From positions 17,734,001 to 17,798,000 of the forward strand of contig NC_045696.1 in the NCBI RefSeq assembly GCF_009834535.1: a stretch of DNA of 64,000 nt, in the 5' to 3' direction. Position 1 is the first letter of the stretch. Each line of letters begins with the position of its first letter. This document shows, piece after piece, positions 62,706 to 64,000 of the stretch. The notes beneath the pieces are model-generated. The model saw only the letters and a list, made by a program, of their open reading frames with translations. It was not told where the DNA came from and searched no databases. This DNA comes from Camelus ferus (taxonomy: Eukaryota). The position numbers and the translations under genes are program-made.

Positions 62706-64000
62706 AGACTTTTATTTTTCCTGATTTGGTTGTGATGATAGAAAATTTACTTCCAAAGACATTTGGCCAATTAAATGAACTGACACATTAGACATCTGGA
62801 TATGCAGAGCTGAAATCAACATAATTAGATTGAAATGATAACTAGTTAGGTAGATTTTTTTCTTATTGGAGATCAATCAGGTTATATGTATATATATAAA
62901 AATTTATTTTTGATAGCCAGGGGAGGATTCTGTCTTTGTCTACCATTATTTGCTATATACTGTTTATAAACAATTAAAAAAATATCTGTGGCTAACCTAG
63001 GCATCATGGTATAATGTTGTCAAAACCCAGCGTTAGAAACCAAGTGCCTTATCTATATCAAACGCATGTACTCAGACTGCCAATTTAAATCTTAAGGGAA
63101 GCACTCAGTTATATCATAAAGGCATACCTCTAAGTGAGCAGAAGCCAATCAGACAGTTTAAAGTCATTTAAAGTTAATTTATTGGCATCCAATTCAGATT
63201 CAATCCAATGCAGCAATGTTACCGAGATCCAACTGTCCAGAACGGTGGTGAACCTTCATGTTGTTTAGCGCCAAATGACAAATCCATATTTTTGGAACCT
63301 GTGTTGAAAGAGAATCAGAATAAACTGGCTGCATGATAAAGAGAACACTCAGTGTTGTGGCAGGAAATTCATGGGAACACGGGTTCAGTTGGTACCATTT
63401 ACAGATCAAAAAACATGTATTTTCCAGCCACATCTACTCAGTGATGTTCCAAGTAGTACATGTGGAATTATATGATCTTCCTTCTCTCAAAATAGAGATT
63501 TGAAAGAAAGAGGGATTAGAGTCTCCGATTTATTTCATTCTTCCCAGTGTTATCCTCAGTGGATTAAGGATGACTGATGCCGAGACACCAAAACAACTAG
63601 TTTAGATGAAGCGATTCTCGAGGCAGAGGGATGAGGGATGTATCCAGCTGTGCACCTGAGCACTGGGGAAATGCTGATGATACAATGTTCCAGGTTTAGA
63701 AATGTTCATTCTGATAGATTTCATACATACTTGAATCACGCAGGAAGGAGAAAAGCTACGTGAAGTCTGTAGTAAATGTCACATTTGGAATGTCAATTTG
63801 GCATTTTATGAATATACTTCTGACATGGAAATAAAATGAAAAAGGAAGAAATATACATTACAGCTTCTTCTCTTAGACTGTGTCTACATGTATTGAAAGC
63901 ACTCACTACTTTTTCCATTCGTGAAATTTATTTTTAAATCTCCCATTTGGCTGTTACACTGCACAGCGAGTCTTTCAGCAGACACTGCGTTTGGCAGAAA

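Noticed and set aside
1..64000. CRISPR array, operon, defence system, intact provirus or NUMT
   Set aside because: No regularly spaced repeat-spacer structure, long ORFs or mitochondrial-like sequence were seen. The window reads as mammalian non-coding DNA.

Overview
This is AT-rich, CpG-depleted eutherian nuclear DNA, most likely from a camelid (camel or alpaca). The species call is an inference from a tRNA-Ala-derived vic-1-type SINE and a cetartiodactyl MER41-like LTR; I saw no Alu, BovB/Bov-tA or PRE1 elements. I can recognise no protein-coding exon, rRNA, true tRNA gene or CRISPR array. The supplied ORFs lie inside repeats or look like chance ORFs. LTRs and L1s occur on both strands, which fits intergenic, gene-desert-like DNA. 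The window is a layered mosaic of ancient repeats (MIR, L2, L3/CR1, L1M/HAL1, Charlie1, MER113, MLT1/MaLR, ERVL pol, MER77-like) and younger ones (camelid L1 3' ends, the SINE, ERV1 solo LTRs). Several still carry readable target-site duplications (TSDs). Long repeat-free stretches rich in transcription-factor motifs are candidate enhancers. The most notable items are a 3'-UTR-only retrocopy of an unidentified mRNA (20044-20494), a perfect CLEAR/USF palindrome created at an LTR insertion junction (54459), a SOX-OCT composite motif (37676), two perfect 12-bp inverted repeats and a few weak minus-strand exon candidates. I found no convincing novel multi-gene system. Repeat family names come from recalled consensus sequences, not from a database search.
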